From NCBI GenBank assembly GCA_050952725.1, contig JBMNLN010000001.1, positions 752,108 to 816,107 of the forward strand: a DNA stretch of 64,000 nt. The letters run 5' to 3'. Of the stretch, positions 8,961 through 18,475 are shown in pieces; the first letter of the stretch is position 1, and every line of letters begins with the position of its first letter. The notes beneath the pieces are model-generated. The model ran no database searches. It worked only from the letters and a program-made list of their open reading frames with translations, and was not told where the DNA came from. The position numbers and the translations under genes were made by a program. The stretch comes from Bacilli bacterium. GTDB taxonomy: Bacteria > Bacillota_I > Bacilli_A > RFN20 > CAG-826.

Positions 8961-10556
8961 ATGAAAAAGAACAACTTTGGAAGAGCTGCCCTTTTAGCCT
9001 TTTCCACCTTGGGACTCGCCCTAGGAATCAGCGGGGTGCTGAAACAGACGGGAGTTGCTGTTCACGCCGCCCCGATTACGACGGGAACGATGATTTATTT
9101 TAAACCGACAGATGGTTGGTTGGAAGCCGGGGCGAAAATGTGCATCTACATGTGGAATGATGGTGGTGAAAAACTTTATGAAGAGATGTCGATTGGGACT
9201 AGCAGCACGGTCTACCACTTTGAAACCCCAACTTCCACGAAAGGCTCATTTGATAACCTCATCTTCCTTCGTAATAATCCGAGCGAACCGATTGGTTGGG
9301 ATGGAAAATGGAATCAAACGAGCGATTTAACTTACGATGGGACCAATAATTTGTATATTATCCCTTATGCCGAACAATGGCAGCAGGCCAGTCTCAATAA
9401 TACACACTGGTCCCTTTATGATGCGGCGACCTATGGTTTGATGGAAATTCCTGATGCGACCGCTTTATATCTTCGTCCCGATGCGGCTTTTATGGATGAT
9501 GGAACCACGACTGCGGACCGGATTGCCGCTTATTTCTTTAATTCCGATGGGAAAAATGCTTGGGTTGAGGCCACCGCGGAAGCCGGCGGACTTTATAAGG
9601 TCTTATCCCCGACTTTAACCGCTGGTGTCTTGCCTAACAAGGTGATCTTTGTTTCGATGAAACAAGGGACAACGGGAAGTAATTGGGACAATAAATTACA
9701 ACAAACGGCCGACCTAATTCCCGATTTAACTAAGCCGCTGTTTGATGTTGCTTCCAGCTCTTGGCAAGGAGTCCCGACGATCGTCACTCCAATCGCGACG
9801 ACCGCTGGGATTAGCAGTAGCAAATTCCGCCTTTGGCTCAACCGCAATAACCACTATCCAAGCGATGCTCATCAATACTTATTAAAAGTGGGCACGAACC
9901 GTTATAGTCCGAGTGGATATGAAAAAGCTTTAGTCTTTGATGTGGATGGAATTTATTTCCCCTATTGGGATTTAGAGATCGCTACTCTCAAAGGTCAAGC
10001 AGTAGGTTTTACCATCGTCAATACCGCTAATGAGGTGCAAGTTGAAATTCCTGCGACCACCTTTATCGAAAAAGATAATAGCAAACTTTGGATTATCCAA
10101 TACAATGAGGAGACATCGACTTGGTCGATTCAAAAAGATAAAATCGTCGGAAGAGCCTTTGCCTCATTTGTCGGCAAAGTACTCGAAGGCTATCTTAGCT
10201 GTTCTTCCAGTGTCGATAACGGCTTTGGGGCTTTTAATCTCGTGAACGAAAACTTCATTGAACGCTTAGAAGGCGGGACGTGGAATGTCGAAGGGAATCT
10301 CGGGGAGGTAATCATCAATGACTTCGCCAATCAAACTGATTATGCTACGGGAACCAAAACCGCAACCGTTGATGCCTATACCAAGCATCAAATGCTACAA
10401 GCCAATTACACCGCCGCTTTAGGCGGAGGGGGAGCGCCTTGGGTTTTAAGAGGTTCCAACTTTAATGCGATTCTGATTTCCGTGTTGATCATGGCGGTGG
10501 TCAGCCTGGGATTATTCGGCCTTCTCGCCTTGAGTAAAAAACGTTTCCAAAACTAA
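8961..10556 (+). CDS. Surface protein with tandem CBM25/26-like (starch-binding-like) modules and a C-terminal transmembrane anchor.
   Basis: There is an N-terminal signal peptide. Two repeats match the IYF..DGW...MWNDGG...NLIFLRNN..KWNQTSDL / ...VIFVSMKQG..NWDNKLQQTADL pattern of CBM25/26 modules. The C-terminus is a hydrophobic helix followed by KKRFQN. It is paralogous to the 30812-32437 product. Confidence 0.55.
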   Translation: MKKNNFGRAALLAFSTLGLALGISGVLKQTGVAVHAAPITTGTMIYFKPTDGWLEAGAKMCIYMWNDGGEKLYEEMSIGTSSTVYHFETPTSTKGSFDNLIFLRNNPSEPIGWDGKWNQTSDLTYDGTNNLYIIPYAEQWQQASLNNTHWSLYDAATYGLMEIPDATALYLRPDAAFMDDGTTTADRIAAYFFNSDGKNAWVEATAEAGGLYKVLSPTLTAGVLPNKVIFVSMKQGTTGSNWDNKLQQTADLIPDLTKPLFDVASSSWQGVPTIVTPIATTAGISSSKFRLWLNRNNHYPSDAHQYLLKVGTNRYSPSGYEKALVFDVDGIYFPYWDLEIATLKGQAVGFTIVNTANEVQVEIPATTFIEKDNSKLWIIQYNEETSTWSIQKDKIVGRAFASFVGKVLEGYLSCSSSVDNGFGAFNLVNENFIERLEGGTWNVEGNLGEVIINDFANQTDYATGTKTATVDAYTKHQMLQANYTAALGGGGAPWVLRGSNFNAILISVLIMAVVSLGLFGLLALSKKRFQN

Positions 10557-10593
10557 ATCATATCTCTAAAAAAACTTTGAAATAAAGTAAGGA

Positions 10594-10627
10594 AGACCTG
10601 AGGGGAAAATCTCAGGTCTTTTCTTAT
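10594..10627 (+). terminator. Rho-independent terminator.
   Basis: Hairpin AGACCTGAGgggaaaatCTCAGGTCT is followed by TTTCTTATC. Confidence 0.5.
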
Positions 10628-11035
10628 CGGGTTTCTCGTCTATCGAAATGAGCATCGCGCGGTTTTTCAAGTGGAGAAAACGGTGATAACCATGGCGACT
10701 TTAACAAATGCTTGAAGAAAACCCCTGGTATTTTAGCCATCGGCTTTAATTATCTTGCTTCGTATTAAGCGAAACTTCTTCCAATTCCCATCATGCCCAA
10801 AACGCTGAAGCAGATGGGGGGAATGATTATTTTTGTCCCAATTTAATTTCCAAGAACCCTAAAATGGCAGACTGCTTTTTTGTTTATGACTTGCAAATGA
10901 AAAACGGTATCAATAATACTTGCAAAATTCTTGAAAAAACTCTATATTTTTATTGCTATCGCTCCAGCCGCTTGGGTATGGTGGTAGTTCACAACAAATG
11001 AGCGCCTGCTCAAGCGTAGAAAATGGGGGTGCACG

Positions 11036-12538
11036 ATGAAGAAAAACGATGTAATCATCGAATTAACGCATGTCAGCAAAGTCTATGATGGCACGACGGT
11101 AGTCGATGATTTTAATTTATATGTGAAAAAAGGCGAGTTTATCACCTTTTTAGGGCCTTCGGGTTGTGGCAAGACGACCACCTTACGGATGATCGCGGGG
11201 TTTGAGTTACCGACGACTGGACAGATCTTCCTAAATGGCGAAGATATCACCAATCTCCCTCCCCATAAACGTCCGATTAACACCGTCTTCCAACGTTATG
11301 CCTTGTTTCCCCATCTCGATGTCTACGACAACATCGCTTTTGGTTTAAAACTGAAACGCCTTCCTGTCGAAGTCGCGCCTGGAAAAATTAAAAAAGTGAA
11401 ATTGACTGAAGCCGAAATCGATGACAAGGTGACGCGCGCTTTAAAACTCGTCGATTTAGAAGCGTTTGAAGACCGCGATGTCACTACCCTCTCGGGGGGG
11501 CAGCAACAACGGGTGGCCATCGCCCGGGCGTTAGTTAATGAACCGCATATCTTACTACTCGATGAACCGTTAGGGGCGCTGGATTTAAAGATGCGCAAGG
11601 AGATGCAAATCGAATTAAAGGAAATGCATCGAAAACTGGGAATTACTTTTATCTATGTCACCCATGACCAAGAAGAAGCCCTGACGATGTCGGATACCAT
11701 CGTGGTGATGCGCGATGGTAAAATCGAGCAAATCGGCACCCCGACGATGATCTATAACGAACCCCAAAATGTCTATGTCGCTGACTTTATCGGCGAGAGC
11801 AATATCTACAGTGCGACGATGATCGATAAGCAGAAAGTCCGCTTCTTAAATGCGACATGGGACTGCGTCGATGAGATGCAAAAGAATGAAAAAGTCGATG
11901 TCGTGGTTCGTCCTGAAGATATCATCATCGGTCCCAAAGGTTCGGGTTCCACCCAAGCCAAGATTACCCATAAAGTCTTCAAAGGCATCCATTATGAATA
12001 TCTCGCCCAAGTCGGAAAATACGATGTGACGATTCAAACCACGGTCGAACATCAATTAGGTGATGAGATCGGCTTGACGATTACTCCCGACAATATTCAC
12101 ATCATGAAAAAGGTCTTTACGGTCAACACCTATGATGATGCATGGATTAACAAGCATAACCAAGTGATGATCGATGATGTGGCTTTTGAATGCGATGTCA
12201 CCCAGTTAAAAGAGGGGGCTACTCTTGATGAAGAAGGATATCTCATCGATCAACAGGGGAAGAAATATGACTTAAATGATGTCGATGTGATCGCTGAAGT
12301 TGCTTTTGATCAAATCGAAGTCATCGATAACCCCGAAGAAGGAACGATTGCGGGGCATATTATCGAATCGATTTATTTAGGTGATCACTATCAGATTATC
12401 GTCCGGACGGAAAATGAAGAAGATTTCGTCATCGATACTCCCTATTTATGGAACCCCGATGACTTTGTCAGTTTAAAAATTGCCCCCGAGGCGATTAAAT
12501 TACGCGCCAAAGGAGAGCTGATCCCCGATGAAGATTAG
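11036..12538 (+). CDS. potA: Spermidine/putrescine ABC transporter ATPase PotA, with an internal insertion and a long C-terminal extension.
   Basis: Walker A (GPSGCGKTT), the ABC signature (LSGGQQQRVAIARA), Walker B (LLLDEP) and an H-loop are present. The 500 aa length, compared with about 370 aa normally, matches the enlarged PotA of Mollicutes. Confidence 0.85.
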   Translation: MKKNDVIIELTHVSKVYDGTTVVDDFNLYVKKGEFITFLGPSGCGKTTTLRMIAGFELPTTGQIFLNGEDITNLPPHKRPINTVFQRYALFPHLDVYDNIAFGLKLKRLPVEVAPGKIKKVKLTEAEIDDKVTRALKLVDLEAFEDRDVTTLSGGQQQRVAIARALVNEPHILLLDEPLGALDLKMRKEMQIELKEMHRKLGITFIYVTHDQEEALTMSDTIVVMRDGKIEQIGTPTMIYNEPQNVYVADFIGESNIYSATMIDKQKVRFLNATWDCVDEMQKNEKVDVVVRPEDIIIGPKGSGSTQAKITHKVFKGIHYEYLAQVGKYDVTIQTTVEHQLGDEIGLTITPDNIHIMKKVFTVNTYDDAWINKHNQVMIDDVAFECDVTQLKEGATLDEEGYLIDQQGKKYDLNDVDVIAEVAFDQIEVIDNPEEGTIAGHIIESIYLGDHYQIIVRTENEEDFVIDTPYLWNPDDFVSLKIAPEAIKLRAKGELIPDED

Positions 12539-13328
12539 GTTTCAACGGAAGTTTCTGGCGATTCCTTACCTGCTCTTCTTTTTGTTTTTCTTAGTTTTAC
12601 CGATTTTTCTTATCGTCTATTATGCCTTTACCGATCATAATGGGAAATTTACCTTTGATTTAGTGCGAAACTTTTTCTCCGATACGGGGAAACTCGAAGT
12701 TTTAGCCATCTCTTTGATCTTTGGGTTATTAAACACCATTTTCTGTTTATTAATCGGCTATCCAGTTTCGATGCTCTTAGCCAATAAGAAATACAATAAA
12801 AATGCGGTACTAGTTACTTTATTTATCATGCCGATGTGGATTAATTTTGTCATCCGCACTTGGGCGACGCGCGACTTACTCGCCTGGATTGGCCTATCCG
12901 GGGGGATCTATCCCGAACTAGCGACGACCATCGGTCTAGTTTATAACTATCTCCCATTTGCGATTATGCCCCTATATACGACGATGTTAAAGATGGACCA
13001 GAGCCAAATTGAAGCGGCGAGTGATCTCGGGGCAAATCCAGTCCAAGTCTTCTTTAAAGTGATAATCCCGATGACTAAACCGGGGATTTTAAGCGCGGCG
13101 ACGATGGTGTTTATGCCGACGATTTCCTCCTATGTAATCGCCGATATCTTAGGCGAAGGCAAAGTCACCTTATTTGGGAAATACATCCAAATCTACTTTG
13201 GTCAAAGCGATTGGAATAACGGTTCCTTACTAGCGTTAATCATGCTTCTATTGATTAGCATTTCCTTTATCCTTAATAAGAAAACCGCTCAAAGCGATGA
13301 AGGTGGGGTTAAAAGTTCAATATGGTAA
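12528..13328 (+). CDS. potB: Spermidine/putrescine ABC transporter permease PotB.
   Basis: It has six transmembrane helices and a permease EAA-like loop (EAASDLGANPVQVFFKVIIP). It overlaps potA by 11 nt. Confidence 0.8.
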   Translation: MKIRFQRKFLAIPYLLFFLFFLVLPIFLIVYYAFTDHNGKFTFDLVRNFFSDTGKLEVLAISLIFGLLNTIFCLLIGYPVSMLLANKKYNKNAVLVTLFIMPMWINFVIRTWATRDLLAWIGLSGGIYPELATTIGLVYNYLPFAIMPLYTTMLKMDQSQIEAASDLGANPVQVFFKVIIPMTKPGILSAATMVFMPTISSYVIADILGEGKVTLFGKYIQIYFGQSDWNNGSLLALIMLLLISISFILNKKTAQSDEGGVKSSIW

Positions 13329-14161
13329 AGCCAAAACGCGAACTGCTCAAAGTGCTGCTAGGACGAGGATTGATTCTCTTCGTCTTGCTTTTGATGTACG
13401 CCCCGATTATCGTCTTGATGGTTTTCTCCTTTACCGAATCGACCAATGTCGGAACTTGGAATGGTTTCTCGTTTCAACTCTATCTCGACTTATTTAAAAA
13501 TAAGGTGATTATGCGCGCTTTGTTCAATACGCTTCTCGTCGCTGTAGTAAGTGGTGTGGTCTCGACGATTTTGGGGACTTTAGGGGCGGTTGGAGCCTTT
13601 TATATGTCGAAAAAGGGGCGGAAGTTAGTCGAAGGTTTAACCCAAATCCCGATTATTAACGCTGAAATTGTCATGGCGATTTCCTTAGCGGTTTTATTCG
13701 TCGCCTTCAGTGCGAAGTTTAACTTCCTCACCTTACTGATCGGCCATGTGGTCTTGACTGTCGCTTTTGTCTATCTTTCGGTTAAACCAAAACTGGTACA
13801 GATGGATCCGAGTATTTATGAAGCTGCGCTCGATTTAGGGGCCACCCCGCGGGTGGCGATGCGGAAAGTGATTTTCCCCGAGGTTTTACCGGGGATTATC
13901 TCCGGCTTTATGCTGGCCTTTACCTTATCTTTAGATGACTTCATTATCACCTTTTTCCTCAGGGATAATTCTTTCGATACGATTTCGACTTATGTCCAAG
14001 GTGTCATCGCCAAAAGTGCCATCCCCCCGGCTCTGCGCGCGTTAACAACAATTATTTTTGGATTGGCCTTAATTGTCCTTTTTGTCAACAACTGGCGCAC
14101 GAAGAAAGAAGAACAATTAAAAGCCTTCCATCATGGGAAAGGAACGGTGAATGCCCAATGA
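13322..14161 (+). CDS. potC: Spermidine/putrescine ABC transporter permease PotC.
   Basis: It has a transmembrane-helix profile and the loop EAALDLGATPRVAMRKVIFP. It overlaps potB. Confidence 0.8.
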   Translation: MVKPKRELLKVLLGRGLILFVLLLMYAPIIVLMVFSFTESTNVGTWNGFSFQLYLDLFKNKVIMRALFNTLLVAVVSGVVSTILGTLGAVGAFYMSKKGRKLVEGLTQIPIINAEIVMAISLAVLFVAFSAKFNFLTLLIGHVVLTVAFVYLSVKPKLVQMDPSIYEAALDLGATPRVAMRKVIFPEVLPGIISGFMLAFTLSLDDFIITFFLRDNSFDTISTYVQGVIAKSAIPPALRALTTIIFGLALIVLFVNNWRTKKEEQLKAFHHGKGTVNAQ

Positions 14162-15645
14162 AAAAGTTTGTAACCATTGCTTTAGCGACTCTGCTTTTAG
14201 GTGGAGCCGCCCTCCCGAGTTTGCAACAGACGAAAGTCGATGCGGCCAGCGAAAAGAAAACCTTGCGCATCTATAACTGGGAAGACTATATCTATGAACC
14301 TGAAAGCGCTGATGAACAGCCATCGATTATCGATCAGTTTATCGCCTTTAAAGCCGAAGCCGGAGTAGATGTAACCGTCGTCTATGATACTTTTGCCACC
14401 AATGAAGATATGTACAATATCATGAAACTAGGCAAATCTTCATATGACTTAATCGCCCCCAGTGACTACATGATTCAAAAGATGGCGTTCGAGGGGATGT
14501 TAGAAAAATACGAATATGACGCCGCGACCCAAACCTATGCGAATATTCCCAATTACAACACCTACGCGTCGAAGTATTTAAAAGACATCTATGATGAGAT
14601 TGAAGTCTCCGAATACGCGGTTGGTTATATGTGGGGGACTTTAGGGATCGTCTATAACCCCAATCTCCCCGATGGCCGCCTCGATGCTCAGATGATGGAA
14701 GATGTCAAAAGTTGGACCGTGCTCTGGGATGAAAAATACAAAGGCAAAATCTCGATTAAAGACTCGATGCGCGATGCGTATGTGGTCGGATTACTCTATG
14801 TCCATAAGGAGACGATTGAAACTCTACAAGCTACATTAGCCGCGGGAAGTATCACCGAAGTTGCCTTTAAAGAAAGAATGGCGGAACTCTTAAACGATAC
14901 GACCCCAGAGACGGTGGAAAAAGTCTCGCAAGCCTTAAAAGAACTCAAGAAGAATATCTATGGTCTGGAAGTCGATAGCGGCAAAAACGATATCGTCACC
15001 GGCAAGATCACGATGAATACCGCCTGGAGTGGCGATGCCGTCTATGCGATGGATATCGCCGAGGAAGAAGAAGGAGTCGAACTCTATTACTCGATTCCCG
15101 ATGAAGGGGCGAATATCTGGTTTGATGGCTGGGTGATGCCCAAAGGGGCGGATAAAGAACTCGCGGCTGATTTCTTAAACTTCATCTCCAATCCCGAAAT
15201 CGCCGCTTTAAATATGGATTATATCGGCTATACCTCCTTTATCGCGGGGCAAGAAGTCCTCAGCCTCATCCATGATTGGTATGATGCCGAAGCAGGGGGA
15301 ACGATGGTCGATTTAACCTATTTCTTTGAGGGGACGGTCGATGTTGATCCTGAAGACCCTGCGACTTCGATGATCATCTATTCCGATTTAGTCAACCGCC
15401 AATTAACCGCTCAATATCCTTCCGAAGAAGAGATTCTCCGCTGTGTGATCATGGAGCATTTCGACAATGAAACCAATAACCGCATCGTCGAGATGTGGGC
15501 TGATTTTAAAGCGACGACGATTGCCGCGTGGATGATCGTTTTAATCGTCTTATTGGTCTTAGGGGGAGGCGGCTATCTCGTCTTTGAAATCCAAAGACGG
15601 AAAAAATCCAAGCGCCATGCGCGAAAAGCGGCGAAATCCTCATAA
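14158..15645 (+). CDS. potD: Polyamine-binding protein PotD with a signal peptide and an unusual C-terminal transmembrane anchor.
   Basis: There is a 4-nt ATGA overlap with potC. It has the N-terminal LRIYNWEDYI motif of the PotD/PotF family. The C-terminus is TTIAAWMIVLIVLLVLGGGGYLVFEIQRRKKSKRHARKAAKSS. Confidence 0.75.
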   Translation: MKKFVTIALATLLLGGAALPSLQQTKVDAASEKKTLRIYNWEDYIYEPESADEQPSIIDQFIAFKAEAGVDVTVVYDTFATNEDMYNIMKLGKSSYDLIAPSDYMIQKMAFEGMLEKYEYDAATQTYANIPNYNTYASKYLKDIYDEIEVSEYAVGYMWGTLGIVYNPNLPDGRLDAQMMEDVKSWTVLWDEKYKGKISIKDSMRDAYVVGLLYVHKETIETLQATLAAGSITEVAFKERMAELLNDTTPETVEKVSQALKELKKNIYGLEVDSGKNDIVTGKITMNTAWSGDAVYAMDIAEEEEGVELYYSIPDEGANIWFDGWVMPKGADKELAADFLNFISNPEIAALNMDYIGYTSFIAGQEVLSLIHDWYDAEAGGTMVDLTYFFEGTVDVDPEDPATSMIIYSDLVNRQLTAQYPSEEEILRCVIMEHFDNETNNRIVEMWADFKATTIAAWMIVLIVLLVLGGGGYLVFEIQRRKKSKRHARKAAKSS

Positions 15646-15725
15646 AGCACTCCGCGCAATAAAACCATAACGAAGATTAAATTCTCCTGCGATTTATAAT
15701 AAAATAAGAGTAGGAGAATTTTCTT

Positions 15726-16985
15726 ATGCCAGTTCAAAACCCCAAACAATATCGCCTGCTTAGTTTAACTTTTCCCCTGCTGATTCCCTTGTTGCTAAGC
15801 TCGGGCGAGCAAGTCTTACTTTCCTTAGTTGCAGTTTTAATCGTTTTCGGACTTTTAATCATCATGAGCATTTTCATAAAGAAGCGCAATAGGCGCTTAC
15901 GTAATCAAAGCATCAGTGCTTTCGTTAGGAAAAAACAAGCAGAGGCGAATTGTCAAGAACTTTTCTATCAAACCCCAGTTGCGATTTTTGATCAGAAAAA
16001 AAAGCATACGAACTTTGGGTATGCAACCGATATGGCTTTTATCTTTGAACCGGAAAAAGTCAAACGGCAGATGCGGTTAAAAGAATGGGATTTCTATCAA
16101 ATCCAACATGGGCGGTATGTGGTGCAGTTGACGATTGGCCATATCTCTTACGCGCAGAATGTGGCGATTAATTTAATCGACCTAGAAGCGAAAAAAACCT
16201 ATGCCAGTGGCATCATCAAACTGTTTAAAGGTCAAAGTATGAAAATGCCCGTGGATCCAAGTGTCGATCAAGAAGTGCACTATGTCGATAAGAAATTAGG
16301 GGTTGATCTCCATTATGTGACCAAAGGTAAAGACCGGCACTTATATGGTTCGATTACCGGAAAAGATCGCATCACCTTTGCCGTTGATGTCCATTTAGAG
16401 CGACAGGAAAATCACGAGGCTTTAGTGATCAATACCCCCTTTTCCCATTCCTTTTATCATTTCTATTTAAACTATAAAATTTCCAATTTAAAAGCCTCGG
16501 GGACCTTTTCGATGGGAGATTTAGCCTTTCGTTTTGATCCGCAAGTTGATTTTGGTCTTTTAGATTGGGGACGCGGAGTTTGGCCTTATCACCAAGTCTG
16601 GTTCTGGGGGCAGGTCAATGACTATCTTCCCGATGGCCGGATGATCGGGCTTAATCTTGGTTATGGCTTTGGCAATTTAGAAGCCGCTAGTGAAAATATG
16701 CTCTTTCTCGATGGCAAGGCTCATAAACTCGGACGTATATATTTAGCAAATGATGTCACCCAAGACTATCTAGCGGACTGGGTGATCAAATCCCCCGATG
16801 GCAAAATCGATTTAGTGATGAAGACGATTTATGATCGCTATCATAATGCCGACTTTAAACTAATCCATATGAAGTGTCACCAAGTCTATGGACGATATTA
16901 TGGGACGGTTACTTTAGAAGATGGGACGGTTATCGAACTCACTGGCCAGCAAGGGTTCTTTGAACGGGCACATAATCAATGGTAG
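15726..16985 (+). CDS. Hypothetical membrane-associated protein, possibly DUF2804-like.
   Basis: The 419 aa product has an N-terminal hydrophobic segment and a Trp-rich C-terminal half (DWGRGVWPYHQVWFWGQ). An RBS (AGGAG) is present. No catalytic motif is recognised. Confidence 0.45.
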   Translation: MPVQNPKQYRLLSLTFPLLIPLLLSSGEQVLLSLVAVLIVFGLLIIMSIFIKKRNRRLRNQSISAFVRKKQAEANCQELFYQTPVAIFDQKKKHTNFGYATDMAFIFEPEKVKRQMRLKEWDFYQIQHGRYVVQLTIGHISYAQNVAINLIDLEAKKTYASGIIKLFKGQSMKMPVDPSVDQEVHYVDKKLGVDLHYVTKGKDRHLYGSITGKDRITFAVDVHLERQENHEALVINTPFSHSFYHFYLNYKISNLKASGTFSMGDLAFRFDPQVDFGLLDWGRGVWPYHQVWFWGQVNDYLPDGRMIGLNLGYGFGNLEAASENMLFLDGKAHKLGRIYLANDVTQDYLADWVIKSPDGKIDLVMKTIYDRYHNADFKLIHMKCHQVYGRYYGTVTLEDGTVIELTGQQGFFERAHNQW

Positions 16986-18235
16986 AGTTTCAAGAATTAA
17001 CCAAGGTGGCGATTATTGGAGGTGGCGCCTCTGGTCTTTTTCTGGCCCATGATTTAAGCCATAGACGCCCGGATATCTTGATTACTATCTTTGAAGCTAG
17101 TGATAAATTAGGTCGGAAGATCGATATCAGCGGAAATGGGAGAGGGAATCTCAGCAATATTCAAGTCAATCCAAATAATTACAACCATCCCGATTTGGTT
17201 GAGCCGATTTTAAAAAGTTTCCCGGTGATGGAGTTTTTATTCTACTGTAAGAAGTGGGGCCTAATGACGATGATCGATGAGGAAGGAAGAATCTATCCAC
17301 GGGCCGAAAAAGGCAAGATCTGGCGTACTATCTTAGAAGAAAACATCCGCAGCTTAGGGGTGAAAATCAAACTCAATCATCCCGTGAGTGAAATCAAAAA
17401 AACATCGGATAGTCGCTTTCAAATCGGAAGTGATCTCTATGATTATGTCGTGGTGGCCACCGGCTCAAGTGCCGGTCCTAACTATCGGGGAAAAGTTTTC
17501 GATAACACTCCCTTATTTCGATCTTTAAAAGTCCCGACCACTTCCCTTTACCCCACCTTAAGTGCGCTTGGGGTAAAAGAGAAGATCGCTCAATTAAACG
17601 GAGTAAGAACCAAAGCGGAAGTCCAACTTTGGCTCGATGAAAAACTCACCTATCAAACGAAAGGGGAAATCCAATTTCGCAAAGACTCATTAAGTGGAAT
17701 TGCGATCTTTGAATGCTCCTCGCTTCTCACCTGGAAGTATCGGAAAAATCCCAATCTTCAAGCCAAAATCACGATGGATTTACTTCCAGAAGTTTCGCTT
17801 GCAGAACTCAATCAGGAAATTCAACAACGCTTCCTTCGAGTATTAGAAGATGAGAGTCTTGAGGATGCTCTACGCGGGATGTTTGTGCCGGAACTCAATA
17901 AATATCTAATTAATTGTCTAGATAAAAAACACATGACGAGATTACCTCTATTAATTAAAAAACTCCCCTTTAATATCGATTTATCTTATCTTCCTGATAA
18001 TAACCAAGTCATCTCCGGAGGCGTGGACTTAAAAGCAGTTAATCGCTACACCCTAGAGAGCCTTAATGATGAGCATCTCTATTTCATCGGTGAGGCCTTA
18101 GATATCGATGGGATGTGCGGTGGCTATAACCTGCATTTTGCCTGGGCTTCGGCTTATTTAGTCGCAAAGGAACTCCAAGCGCGAATTCCCGTTTGCAATA
18201 TTGAAAAGAAAGCGTTTGTTCGCTATACTAGTTGA
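16979..18235 (+). CDS. HI0933/BaiN-family FAD-dependent oxidoreductase.
   Basis: An N-terminal Rossmann motif (VAIIGGGASGLFLA) and a DKLGRKIDISGNGRGNLSN motif are typical of the HI0933-like flavoprotein family. The start overlaps the upstream stop. Confidence 0.7.
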   Translation: MVEFQELTKVAIIGGGASGLFLAHDLSHRRPDILITIFEASDKLGRKIDISGNGRGNLSNIQVNPNNYNHPDLVEPILKSFPVMEFLFYCKKWGLMTMIDEEGRIYPRAEKGKIWRTILEENIRSLGVKIKLNHPVSEIKKTSDSRFQIGSDLYDYVVVATGSSAGPNYRGKVFDNTPLFRSLKVPTTSLYPTLSALGVKEKIAQLNGVRTKAEVQLWLDEKLTYQTKGEIQFRKDSLSGIAIFECSSLLTWKYRKNPNLQAKITMDLLPEVSLAELNQEIQQRFLRVLEDESLEDALRGMFVPELNKYLINCLDKKHMTRLPLLIKKLPFNIDLSYLPDNNQVISGGVDLKAVNRYTLESLNDEHLYFIGEALDIDGMCGGYNLHFAWASAYLVAKELQARIPVCNIEKKAFVRYTS

Positions 18236-18244
18236 GCGAAAGCT

Positions 18245-18319
18245 GGTTCCTTAGCCAAGTTGGTAAGGCAACTGACTGCAACTCAGTGACCGCCGGTTCA
18301 AATCCGGCAGGAACCTCCA
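18245..18319 (+). tRNA. tRNA-Cys (anticodon GCA).
   Basis: GGTTCCTTAGCCAAGTTGGTAAGGCAACTGACTGCAACTCAGTGACCGCCGGTTCAAATCCGGCAGGAACCTCCA. The anticodon loop is CTGCAAC. Confidence 0.9.
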
Positions 18320-18475
18320 ACGATAGGATTTGAACTTGATTGAGTTAAATATAAGAAGGCGTCTTTTTTAAACTAATTAATTGATTTTTATTAATGTTGA
18401 TTAATGAATTAAGGCTCTACTCGTAAAACTCTTGATTTTTTTTAGTTTTTCGAGTAGGATTTGTTTAAGGAAAAT

